Source of the DNA: Gammaproteobacteria bacterium
GTDB lineage: Bacteria > Pseudomonadota > Gammaproteobacteria > CBDBNL01 > JAAOII01
Direction of reading: 5' to 3'
Assembly: GCA_965207945.1 (NCBI GenBank)
Contig: OZ242303.1
Coordinates: 1,408,935-1,472,934, forward strand
Length of the DNA: 64,000 nt
Every line of letters begins with the position of its first letter. Positions within the stretch are counted from its first letter, which is position 1. This document shows positions 7,518-15,808 of this stretch, in pieces. Below the pieces are notes generated by a model, which saw only the letters and a list, made by a program, of their open reading frames with translations, made no database searches and had not been told where the DNA came from. The translations under genes and the position numbers were made by a program.

Positions 7518-9814
7518 TATGGTGGGTCAATGGGGTCAATGTCTAAATGCCAAGTGATGTTTGATTTGTTGTGTTGTTGTGCCTGCTCGCTCATAAGGCG
7601 TGCCACTTTATGTAATGCTTGCCTGCTTTCGCTCTTAATTAAAACAACGAAGCGATAAAAATTTAATCTTTTAGCTATGCTTGATTCAATAGGTCCCAAT
7701 AATTGTGCATTATTTTGACGTGCTTCATCTAATGCTGCATCTTTAAGTTTGCCAAGAAATTCCTGCGCATCTTCGGGCTTAAGTGCCTCGGCTCTTAGGT
7801 AAGCAAGGAAATGATAAGGAGGCAAGGCAAACTTGTTGCGATTATCAAGTTCCAGTTTGGCAAAGTCCGCATAGCTGCGTCTTATCAGGGTTTGTAGCAC
7901 AGTATGTTCTGGATAATAGGTTGGGATAATAATCCGTCCGCTGTTACGCCGTCCCACTCTACCAATTACCTGTGTAATAAGCTGAGCCACCTGCTCAACA
8001 TTATGAAAGTCATTGCTGAGCAAGCCACTATCGCAATTGACTATGATAGCAAGAGCAACATTAGCAAAATCATGACCTTTGGCAAGCATCTGAGTTCCCA
8101 CTAAAATTGCTGGTTCGTCTGATTGCACCTTACGATAAAAATCTTGAAAGGACTCCTTTTTGCTCATACTATCTCTATCTATACGGAGAATCTGCGCCTT
8201 AGGAAATTCTTTTGCCAGTATGCTCTCAATGCTTTGGGTTCCCAACCCTATAGGAGCTATTTGTAAACTGCCGCAGTTTGGACATTTGTGAGGTATAGGT
8301 TTTTGGGTTTCGCATAGGTGGCAAGCCAAAAGTGGCGGATGCTTATGCAAAGTCATCGATCGGTCACAAGAAGAACATACTTGCATCCAATTACAAGCCG
8401 AGCACTGTAGCTGCGGGGCAAAGCCGCGCCGATTAATGAACACCAAAACCTGTGAGTTATCTGCCAGAGTTTGTTTGATAGCGGTCAACGCTTCATGCGG
8501 CAAATTATTTGGCTGATAACGCCCTTTCATTTCAATTAATTGGGCACTGATTTTTCCAGCACTGGCAAATTTTTGTTTGAGACGAAGATGCTGATATTTA
8601 CCTTGTCGCGCATTGTAGAAGGACTCAAGCGCTGGAGTGGCACTACCCAAGACAATGGGTATGTTGTATTCGGAAGCAAGCTTAATTAAAAAATGTTTGC
8701 CATTATAGCGAAAGCCGCTGTGTTGCTTATAGGATGAGTCATGCTCTTCATCCACAATGATACATCCTGGCTTGGCGAGGGGAGCAAACGCTGCGGAACG
8801 AGTGCCTATAAGCACGCTAATTTGGTGACGCGCTACAAGTAAATAATTCTGCATTCTTGCGCCTGGACTAAGCGAAGAATGGATTACTCCTAAAGGAATA
8901 GCCAGAGATTTTTCCAGCCGCTGTAATGTCTGCGGTGATAGGCCTATTTCAGGCACTAAATATAATGCTTGCTCGCCACGTGCTAAAGCACGACGGATTA
9001 TTTCAATATATACTTCTGTCTTACCGCTATTGGTTACTCCTTCCAATAAAAAGCAATTATATTTGCCAAAGCTTGCAGAAACCTTGTCAACTGCTTGTTG
9101 TTGTTCCTCCGTTAGCTGCGGGTGAACATGAGGTATGCCAGTAAACTTACGCGGCGGGAGTTTGAGCACTTTCCTTCCTGCGATTAGCTCCTTCTTTTTT
9201 AGTGCCTGTAAAACGTTTGCCGATATACGCATGGCATTTAGGGCGCTGCTACTGATTTCAGTGTCGCTCTCTTGTTCTTGCTTTTGCGTTGAGGCAGGAG
9301 AGTCCCCCTGCCCCTGCTCTTGGGATTGCCCCAATTTTTGCCCAACGCCCAGTAGTTGTAACACCTTGCGTTGATTGCTACCTGTGATGCTTTCTATGTC
9401 AACATCCTTGCCTTTATCAGTTAAATGCCATTTAGTAATGAAAAGTGGCTCCGCATCTTTGCCGCTGCGTAATGCAGAAGGAATGGCAGTATCTAATACC
9501 TGCCCGAGCGGTTCGCAATAGTATTCTGCAGCCCAGCAAAGGGTTTTGTATAGCTTAGAGGGGAATAGAGTTGGCTGGTCAACTAATTGTTTTATTTCTT
9601 TTAGGGTTATTTTTTTTCTATCCTGTTCTTTACTCTTATTAAGTGCTTCTTGTGGCTTGCCTGAGCCGCTGATAAAACCAGAGAGAGTGCGTGGACCGAA
9701 TGGAGCGATAACTCTGGCTCCAAGCAGATGGCTGCCGTAAGTAATATCTGGCGGCAGCAGATAAGTAAAGCTTCTATTTAATGGCAGCGGGAATACTATT
9801 TCTACTGACTGCAC
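7517..9814 (-). CDS. priA: Primosomal protein N' (replication restart helicase PriA)
   Basis: 765-aa ORF with a helicase Walker A (VTNSGKTEVY), DEEH and the C-terminal Cys-rich zinc-binding region (CxxC x4). Confidence 0.9.
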   Translation of the reverse strand: MQSVEIVFPLPLNRSFTYLLPPDITYGSHLLGARVIAPFGPRTLSGFISGSGKPQEALNKSKEQDRKKITLKEIKQLVDQPTLFPSKLYKTLCWAAEYYCEPLGQVLDTAIPSALRSGKDAEPLFITKWHLTDKGKDVDIESITGSNQRKVLQLLGVGQKLGQSQEQGQGDSPASTQKQEQESDTEISSSALNAMRISANVLQALKKKELIAGRKVLKLPPRKFTGIPHVHPQLTEEQQQAVDKVSASFGKYNCFLLEGVTNSGKTEVYIEIIRRALARGEQALYLVPEIGLSPQTLQRLEKSLAIPLGVIHSSLSPGARMQNYLLVARHQISVLIGTRSAAFAPLAKPGCIIVDEEHDSSYKQHSGFRYNGKHFLIKLASEYNIPIVLGSATPALESFYNARQGKYQHLRLKQKFASAGKISAQLIEMKGRYQPNNLPHEALTAIKQTLADNSQVLVFINRRGFAPQLQCSACNWMQVCSSCDRSMTLHKHPPLLACHLCETQKPIPHKCPNCGSLQIAPIGLGTQSIESILAKEFPKAQILRIDRDSMSKKESFQDFYRKVQSDEPAILVGTQMLAKGHDFANVALAIIVNCDSGLLSNDFHNVEQVAQLITQVIGRVGRRNSGRIIIPTYYPEHTVLQTLIRRSYADFAKLELDNRNKFALPPYHFLAYLRAEALKPEDAQEFLGKLKDAALDEARQNNAQLLGPIESSIAKRLNFYRFVVLIKSESRQALHKVARLMSEQAQQHNKSNITWHLDIDPIDPP

Positions 9815-9860
9815 GCCTCTATAAATAATTGCAAATAATTACAGAAGTTGTGTGATGAAA

Positions 9861-10154
9861 TCAAACCCTTATAAGAAATTCTAAGACGGAAATTTTTTCC
9901 GGCTCTTCCAGCATCTGCATCATTTCTGCCACTGCTTCCTTGCGTTTATCCGACTTATGCCATTGATTCCAATTATGAATGTTGTCAAAGTTGACGACAA
10001 CATAGCGATGGTTGGGATCACGGGTGTTTATAAGAGCTTCACTTGAAATAAAGCCCGTGGCGTTAAATACTACCTGGTTGGCTTGCAATGCTCGTTTCTC
10101 ATATTGTTCTATGCACTCGGGCATAACTTTTCTTTCAATAATAACCTTTATCAT
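9861..10154 (-). CDS. Small ABM/Dabb-like alpha-beta barrel protein
   Basis: 97-aa ORF. Its size and secondary-structure pattern fit an antibiotic-biosynthesis-monooxygenase-like barrel. The call is weak. Confidence 0.4.
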   Translation of the reverse strand: MIKVIIERKVMPECIEQYEKRALQANQVVFNATGFISSEALINTRDPNHRYVVVNFDNIHNWNQWHKSDKRKEAVAEMMQMLEEPEKISVLEFLIRV

Positions 10155-10246
10155 AATTAGTATTTTACTTGAAAAAGTAGAATATCAAATAAATTGTGTG
10201 CTCCATTTTTCAAGCAAGATACCTTATGTTGTGTTATATTATTCAA

Positions 10247-10525
10247 ATGACAAAAGAAGTATTCTGTATAAAATATCATTTGAACTTGCCTGCTATGGAA
10301 AGCGCTCCCTTTCCCAACGAAAAAGGAGAATATATATTGGAAAATGTATCTCATCAGGCATGGGCAGAGTGGTTGAAACACCAAACTATGTTAATTAATG
10401 AGAAACATCTAAGTATGGTAAACAAAGAAGACCGTGATTATTTGACGGAGCAGATGGATAAATTTCTGAATAACAAAGATTTTGACAAGCCAGCGGGCTA
10501 TGTCCCTCCAGCAGAAGATAAATAA
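10247..10525 (+). CDS. yggX: Fe(II)-trafficking / oxidative-damage protection protein YggX
   Basis: [10 protein letters not shown]...[23 protein letters not shown]...GYVPP matches the YggX family (FCTF...[23 protein letters not shown]). The start is moved to the internal Met of the 109-aa track ORF. Confidence 0.75.
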   Translation: [92 protein letters not shown]

Positions 10526-10562
10526 ACTTGAAGAACTAAGCACGAACTAAGCACATAAAGAA

Positions 10563-10865
10563 ATGAACGAGGAAGAACACAACGACAGTAGCATTTTTAA
10601 ACAGGGCGATGCTAATAGCGATAATAATACAAAAGGAACAAGCCAAGATGACTTTAATTTTGAAAGCGCTATGACAGAAATAAAAAGCATTGTAGAAGCA
10701 ATTGAAGAAGGTCAATTGCCGCTTGACGAAAGCATTAAGAAGTATGAAAATGCGCTTACGTTAATAAAAAAATGCCAGAATCTGCTGCAAACAGCAAACC
10801 AGAAAATTGAAGAAATTACTGCAGCAGATAATAATGCTGACGATTCCACAAATAACAATTCTTAA
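10563..10865 (+). CDS. xseB: Exodeoxyribonuclease VII small subunit, with an Asn/Asp-rich N-terminal extension
   Basis: FESAMTEIKSIVEAIEEGQLPLDESIKKYENALTLIKKCQNLLQTANQKIEEI fits the XseB helical hairpin consensus. Confidence 0.75.
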   Translation: MNEEEHNDSSIFKQGDANSDNNTKGTSQDDFNFESAMTEIKSIVEAIEEGQLPLDESIKKYENALTLIKKCQNLLQTANQKIEEITAADNNADDSTNNNS

Positions 10866-10902
10866 AATACCACACAATAGCAATTAACATTGCATCCGAA
10901 TA

Positions 10903-11784
10903 ATGCTTGACTTTAATACAGAAAAGAAAGATTTTTGCAACAACTTTAATAAGTTTCTTGAAGGGTTACTAACGCCCTATAGGGCACGCTACCCTGATAG
11001 CAGTGAAATTATAGACGCGGTTATTTATAGCACCATAACAAGTGGCGGCAAGCGGCTGCGCCCTATGTTAGTTTATGGAGCTGCCCGTTCTCAGGGGGTG
11101 GATTTCAAGCAGATAGCCCATGCGGCAGCTGCTATTGAATTAGTCCATTGCTATTCTCTTATCCATGACGACTTGCCTGCTATGGACAATCATGACACTA
11201 GACGGGGGATGCAAAGCTGTCATAGTAAGTTTGGTGAAGCAAATGCTATCTTAGCTGGCGACATTATGCAGGTAATGGCTTTTGACAGCATTAATAGCTC
11301 TACTCTATACTCTGCTGAAGTAAAAGAAATAATGACTCAATCGCTTATTAAAGCATCTTGTGATATTGTCTGCGGACAAGTAATTGATTTAAGAGGAGAG
11401 AGTGAGCAGCTTACCCTGCAAGAAACAGAAAAGATGCATCAGCTAAAGTGTGGTGCTCTAATAAAAACTTCCTTGCAACTTGGAGCGTTGAGCGGCGGCA
11501 AGGCGACAGATGATTTTATTACTAAGATAACATCTGCTGGCGAAAAGATTGGCTTGGGGTTTCAGATAAAGGATGACCTAATGGATATGGACGAAGAAGG
11601 CGAATCTTCTACAGGTGTGTATAAGTCCACCTATCCAGCAATAGCTGGGGTAGAAAAATCGCGGCAACGGATAGAAGAGCTAAGAGAGCAAGCACTTAAT
11701 GATATAGGCGATTTATCAGATGAAGCAAATTTCTTGCGTCAGTTATTTATGTTGATGATAGAAATGCCTGAGGATGCCGGCTAG
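10903..11784 (+). CDS. ispA: Farnesyl-diphosphate synthase (geranyltranstransferase)
   Basis: First DDxxD motif (LIHDDLPAMDN), second motif (KDDLMD) and polyprenyl synthase layout. It lies adjacent to xseB, as in many gammaproteobacteria. Confidence 0.85.
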   Translation: MLDFNTEKKDFCNNFNKFLEGLLTPYRARYPDSSEIIDAVIYSTITSGGKRLRPMLVYGAARSQGVDFKQIAHAAAAIELVHCYSLIHDDLPAMDNHDTRRGMQSCHSKFGEANAILAGDIMQVMAFDSINSSTLYSAEVKEIMTQSLIKASCDIVCGQVIDLRGESEQLTLQETEKMHQLKCGALIKTSLQLGALSGGKATDDFITKITSAGEKIGLGFQIKDDLMDMDEEGESSTGVYKSTYPAIAGVEKSRQRIEELREQALNDIGDLSDEANFLRQLFMLMIEMPEDAG

Positions 11785-12421
11785 TCAACTCGCCTCCTTA
11801 TGGACGGCGGGAGCGCAGCGCGTCAACTGTGCTATTTTTATTGCATTGCTTGTTATTCCCTCCTTGGCGCATGCGGCGGATAATCAAGCAAGGAATAATC
11901 TTGAAGGTATTTTATCTTCAATAAAATCACTGCGTGGTGATTTTACCCAGCATGAATATGATTCCAATGGCAATACTTTACGTATCCTAAGCGGAAAGTT
12001 TAGGATGACTCGCCCATTGCTATTGAGATGGGAAGTTGACCCGCCTTTTGCTCAGACCATAATAAGCAATGGTACCAATATCTTGATTTATGATGAAGAA
12101 CTTAGGCAATTAATTATCCGTCCGCTTGATAAAAATAACCTGCCACCTTTCTTTTTCCTTGGAGGAAATAAAGAAATCTTAGATGCTATGGACATAAGCC
12201 AGCCAGATACAAGCGCTCCTATATTCTTTTTAAGTGACGCTCAATACACGCAAGAAATATCGGTTTATTTTAGAAACAATATACCGCGTGAGATTAACTG
12301 GGACACCGAACTTAACCAAAAAGTTGTTATGAAGTTTGACAACATTAAAAAGAATTGGCGCAATGCCCGCTCTCAGTTTAATCTTGTCCCTCCACCAGGA
12401 ACCGACATAATTATTGAATAA
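11774..12421 (+). CDS. lolA: Outer-membrane lipoprotein carrier protein
   Basis: Signal peptide, then FTQ...LRW...YD.ELRQ pattern typical of LolA. 215-aa ORF. Confidence 0.7.
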   Translation: MPASQLASLWTAGAQRVNCAIFIALLVIPSLAHAADNQARNNLEGILSSIKSLRGDFTQHEYDSNGNTLRILSGKFRMTRPLLLRWEVDPPFAQTIISNGTNILIYDEELRQLIIRPLDKNNLPPFFFLGGNKEILDAMDISQPDTSAPIFFLSDAQYTQEISVYFRNNIPREINWDTELNQKVVMKFDNIKKNWRNARSQFNLVPPPGTDIIIE

Positions 12422-12469
12422 TAGCCGGGGGGAGAGGCGGATGAAGCAACACAATAATTAATCTCCGAT

Positions 12470-13183
12470 TTATTGTTTAAATTGGTGAAAGGCGAAAGCC
12501 AAGCTACCGCCACTAATCCCAGCAAATAGCAAGGCAAAATCTTGATTCAGCAAAGTAAAGGGCATATACAACAAACATCCCCCTAATACCGCAATCCCAA
12601 TACAGGCATTCTGACTGCCATGCTTGGCTATAACACATAAGAAATATAAAGGATTTATCAGCAGCAAGGATAAAAATACTTCATGCGGAATATAGTTAAC
12701 CACATAGAATCCCGCTAGGGTTCCGCACAAAGAAAATACCCACAGAATTTCACCCGAATAAATAAAGTAACGCAACACGTCTTTTTGCGGCACCGAGCGA
12801 TGATTATCTATGAAATTGAGCCAGCCAGTGACTGCTATAAAATGGGCAGATAAATAATAGCTAACTGGCGAGTGAGTGCCCTTTTTAAATAAAGGGGCAA
12901 GGGTAAGCGCCATAGGTAGCAAACGGATATTGATTAACCAAGTTACGAAAGCAATGCCCAGTAAACTAGAACCTGCAGCTATGCCGTTAACAGCTACTAT
13001 CTGCCCAGGCAGAGCATAGATAAACATTGTTGAGACGGCGCTTTGTAGCGCGTCAAAACCAATGGATTCTAATCCAGCGCCGTAAGCAAAGAAGATAATG
13101 AATAGTGTCCAGCCAGGCGCACCACAAGAGTCACGCCAAGCTCTAGATATAACCGATGTTGTTTTAACTGCGGCTTCTGTCAT
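12470..13183 (-). CDS. azlC: AzlC-family branched-chain amino acid permease component
   Basis: Multi-TM protein with an AzlC-like N-terminus. The start is trimmed to the Met at MTEAAVKT to limit overlap with ispD. Confidence 0.65.
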   Translation of the reverse strand: MTEAAVKTTSVISRAWRDSCGAPGWTLFIIFFAYGAGLESIGFDALQSAVSTMFIYALPGQIVAVNGIAAGSSLLGIAFVTWLINIRLLPMALTLAPLFKKGTHSPVSYYLSAHFIAVTGWLNFIDNHRSVPQKDVLRYFIYSGEILWVFSLCGTLAGFYVVNYIPHEVFLSLLLINPLYFLCVIAKHGSQNACIGIAVLGGCLLYMPFTLLNQDFALLFAGISGGSLAFAFHQFKQ

Positions 13184-14045
13184 GTTGTTTATGCAAAATT
13201 GATTCCAGTATTTGTTTGTCTTGTTTGCGGGTAAGCTTAATGTTACAAACATCTCCCTCAATCTTATGGATGGACAAAGCAGGATTATGGGCTAACACAA
13301 CCGAACAGTCGTCTGTCCAGCGGCTGGTATCTCCGCCTTCATTCGCGGCACTTTGAAAACTATCACGCAATAGTTGGAGTTGAAATCCCTGCGGTGTTTG
13401 CAACAAACAGTAATCTGAACGGGTGGCAATCTTACTAATTTTGTATTCCCGATTATGTTTTGTTTGTAAAGGAGAGGTTGCTGGGCTTGTATTCTTGCTG
13501 GTATCTTTGCCTGTATCCTTGCCTAAGGATGTTAGCTGTCCCAACGTATCGGTTACGGGAAGAGCTGTGGCTACTGCTGGATGAGTTTGCAAAGCAACTA
13601 TACATTTTTCTACCAATTGTGTAGATACTAATGGGCGCGCTGCATCATGGATTAGAACACTTCTGTCCCCCGATTCATCCGCCAGTTCTGCAATTGCCAG
13701 ATGCGTTGAATCAAATCTATTTTTTCCACCCTCTTTTATGCAGCGGATTTTACTATTTATTTTTCCACTTATATTGCCTTTTATATTGCCCGCTAAATTA
13801 TTTATAACATCTTGAAATCTTGCTTGCATCCCAGGCGGAACCATCACTATAACTTCATCCACTAAATGGCAACTACAAAATGTTTCAAGCGAGTAGCTAA
13901 TAACCGATTTACCGTTTAATAGCTCAAGCTGTTTTAACTCTTCTGAGTTGGGTAATTCATGCTCATTATTCCCCGTATGATTACTATAGCGGCGGCTACT
14001 GCCAGCAGCGAGTAGGATAACCAACACGCCATTATTCTGATTCAT
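13164..14045 (-). CDS. ispD: 2-C-methyl-D-erythritol 4-phosphate cytidylyltransferase with low-complexity insertions
   Basis: VLVILLAAGSSRR (the nucleotide-binding GxGxR-like N-terminus), VLIHDAARPL and QTPQGF motifs. There is an inserted GKDTGKDTSKNTSP segment. Confidence 0.75.
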   Translation of the reverse strand: MNQNNGVLVILLAAGSSRRYSNHTGNNEHELPNSEELKQLELLNGKSVISYSLETFCSCHLVDEVIVMVPPGMQARFQDVINNLAGNIKGNISGKINSKIRCIKEGGKNRFDSTHLAIAELADESGDRSVLIHDAARPLVSTQLVEKCIVALQTHPAVATALPVTDTLGQLTSLGKDTGKDTSKNTSPATSPLQTKHNREYKISKIATRSDYCLLQTPQGFQLQLLRDSFQSAANEGGDTSRWTDDCSVVLAHNPALSIHKIEGDVCNIKLTRKQDKQILESILHKQHDRSRS

Positions 14046-14050
14046 CGGGA

Positions 14051-15118
14051 TTATTTATTATGCTGATAAGTAGTCAAGTACTCCACATCCTCACGCGGTG
14101 TATTGCGCAGGACACCCCATAAAACATGTTTAACTCTTTCGCCATTAAAAATAATTCTGTAAACACCTTCAAGTAAAGGCATATTGACTCCCATCTTAAT
14201 TGCTTGCTGATGAGCCATCTTGGTTGTGTGAATGCCCTCCGCCACTCCTCCAAGCTGGTCGCATATTTCATCAATTGATTTGCCCCCTATCAAAGCATTA
14301 CCCAAACGATAATTGCGGCTTTGCGGCGAGAAGCAAGTGGTTATTAAATCTCCTATGCCCGCAAGACCAAGAAAGGTTAAGTGATTGGCATTCATCTGCA
14401 CCGCAAAGCGCGCCATCTCTGCGGCACTTCTGGTTATTAGGACGCTTTTTGTGTTTATGCCAAAACCAAGAGAGTCCGAAATACCGGCAGCTATGGCATA
14501 GATATTTTTTAAAGCACCTGCAAGTTCAACACCATACACATCATCATTTTCAAAAATATGTAAGTACTTGGTGCTTATGGCTTGGCGCACCATTGCGCTT
14601 AGCAGATGATTATGGGTTGCTATAACACTGCCAGTAAGATGCTTATTAGCTATTTCGTTGGCAATATTAGGACCGCTGAGTACTCCTATATGCTGTTCTG
14701 GGTTAAGTCCTTTATCCTGAATTACCTTCTCTAACAACTGACTCATCAATTGGAAACTATCCCTGGCTATGCCTTTGGTGGCAGTTACGATGAATTGCTG
14801 ATTAATATATGGGCTTATATTTTGTAGCACCTCAGCGAAGGACTTACTTGGTACTGCTATTATGAGAAGCTGTGCGTCAGCAACAGCTTCTTGTAAATTA
14901 GTGGTGGCGTGTAGGTCGCCGTGCAGAGTCAGTTGTGGAATATATTTCTGGTTACGGTGGGTTGCGTTTATTTGTTGCGCCTGTTTTTCATCTCTTAGCC
15001 ATAAGAATGTCTTGTTGCCGCGCGTAGCGCTTATGTTGGCAAGAACTGTCCCAAAACTGCCGCCGCCTATGACGGCTACCTTCAGGGGCGCTATTAATGG
15101 TTGTGCGACATCAAGCAT
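14051..15118 (-). CDS. gpsA: NAD(P)H-dependent glycerol-3-phosphate dehydrogenase
   Basis: VAVIGGGSFGTVLA Rossmann N-terminus and GpsA-typical core (GLAGIGDLITTC). Confidence 0.9.
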   Translation of the reverse strand: MLDVAQPLIAPLKVAVIGGGSFGTVLANISATRGNKTFLWLRDEKQAQQINATHRNQKYIPQLTLHGDLHATTNLQEAVADAQLLIIAVPSKSFAEVLQNISPYINQQFIVTATKGIARDSFQLMSQLLEKVIQDKGLNPEQHIGVLSGPNIANEIANKHLTGSVIATHNHLLSAMVRQAISTKYLHIFENDDVYGVELAGALKNIYAIAAGISDSLGFGINTKSVLITRSAAEMARFAVQMNANHLTFLGLAGIGDLITTCFSPQSRNYRLGNALIGGKSIDEICDQLGGVAEGIHTTKMAHQQAIKMGVNMPLLEGVYRIIFNGERVKHVLWGVLRNTPREDVEYLTTYQHNK

Positions 15119-15197
15119 ATATAAAGGAATTATATACCAATTTCCGCTTGTTGAGAATATGTCCGATGTTTCTATCCCTCATATAATGTTATGCATA

Positions 15198-15539
15198 ATG
15201 AGTCAAGAAGATATTTTTATTTATGCAGTAATCGGAGTAGCCACATTGGTTACCTTCGGTACCAGAGTATTGGGATTAATCAGCAGCCGTAAGCTTGATG
15301 AGAGCAGTCCTGTTTTTACTTACGCTAACTATATAAGTTATGCCTTAGTTGGAGCTCTGGTAGTAAAGCTGATTGTCTTACCGAATAATGATTTGGGAGA
15401 GGTTCCTCTGTTATGGAGAATTGCTTTATCTTTATTATGTGTTGCGGCATACATAATCCATAAGAAGTATCTATTGGTTTATTTAATTCTGATAGGCGCA
15501 GGACTTACAGCACTGCAGTATATTCCATTTTTTAATTAG
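15198..15539 (+). CDS. Small AzlD-like membrane protein
   Basis: The C-terminal ~113 aa of the 225-aa track ORF is hydrophobic, with 3-4 TM helices. The upstream part of that ORF is antisense to gpsA. Confidence 0.4.
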   Translation: MSQEDIFIYAVIGVATLVTFGTRVLGLISSRKLDESSPVFTYANYISYALVGALVVKLIVLPNNDLGEVPLLWRIALSLLCVAAYIIHKKYLLVYLILIGAGLTALQYIPFFN

Positions 15540-15624
15540 GACACCAAATTAAGATAAGTGTGGGGATACTAATATGTGGGATAGAGGGAAGAGAAAAACC
15601 AGGGGGGATAGAACAAAGGGGGGG

Positions 15625-15660
15625 AGAAAAAAAAGGGGGGGATCTGAAAGATCCCCCCGC
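15625..15660 (-). terminator. Rho-independent terminator candidate downstream of mrcA
   Basis: On the minus strand this reads GCGGGGGGATC-TTTCA-GATCCCCCCC followed by T8. That is a 9-10 bp GC stem and then a U-tract. Confidence 0.5.
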
Positions 15661-15808
15661 AGCGGAGGCTATGTTGGTATCAATTATACGCTAAGTAAAT
15701 AGTTTGTCAAGTAATATTAATAAAAAACACTGGTTTTTTAATAATTTTTTATTTTATTGCAAAAAGGGCGTAAAACCTCAAGGACGAAGCAGAAAATCTT
15801 AGATTAAA

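Noticed and set aside
10012-10398. 128-aa plus-strand ORF overlapping the ABM-like gene and the yggX upstream region
   Set aside because: It overlaps a minus-strand ORF antisense and runs through an AT-rich promoter region. No homology was recognised.
14862-15197. 5' part of the 225-aa plus-strand ORF upstream of the AzlD-like segment
   Set aside because: It is Cys-rich nonsense antisense to the gpsA N-terminus. Only the hydrophobic C-terminal ~113 aa beyond gpsA look like a real small membrane protein.
15560-15640. Purine/G-rich tract (gggatagagggaagagaaaaaccaggggggatagaacaaagggggggag...) considered as a riboswitch or G-quadruplex element
   Set aside because: No recognisable riboswitch architecture. 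It is more simply explained as the A/U-tract context of the hairpin terminator at 15625-15660 in a convergent intergenic region.
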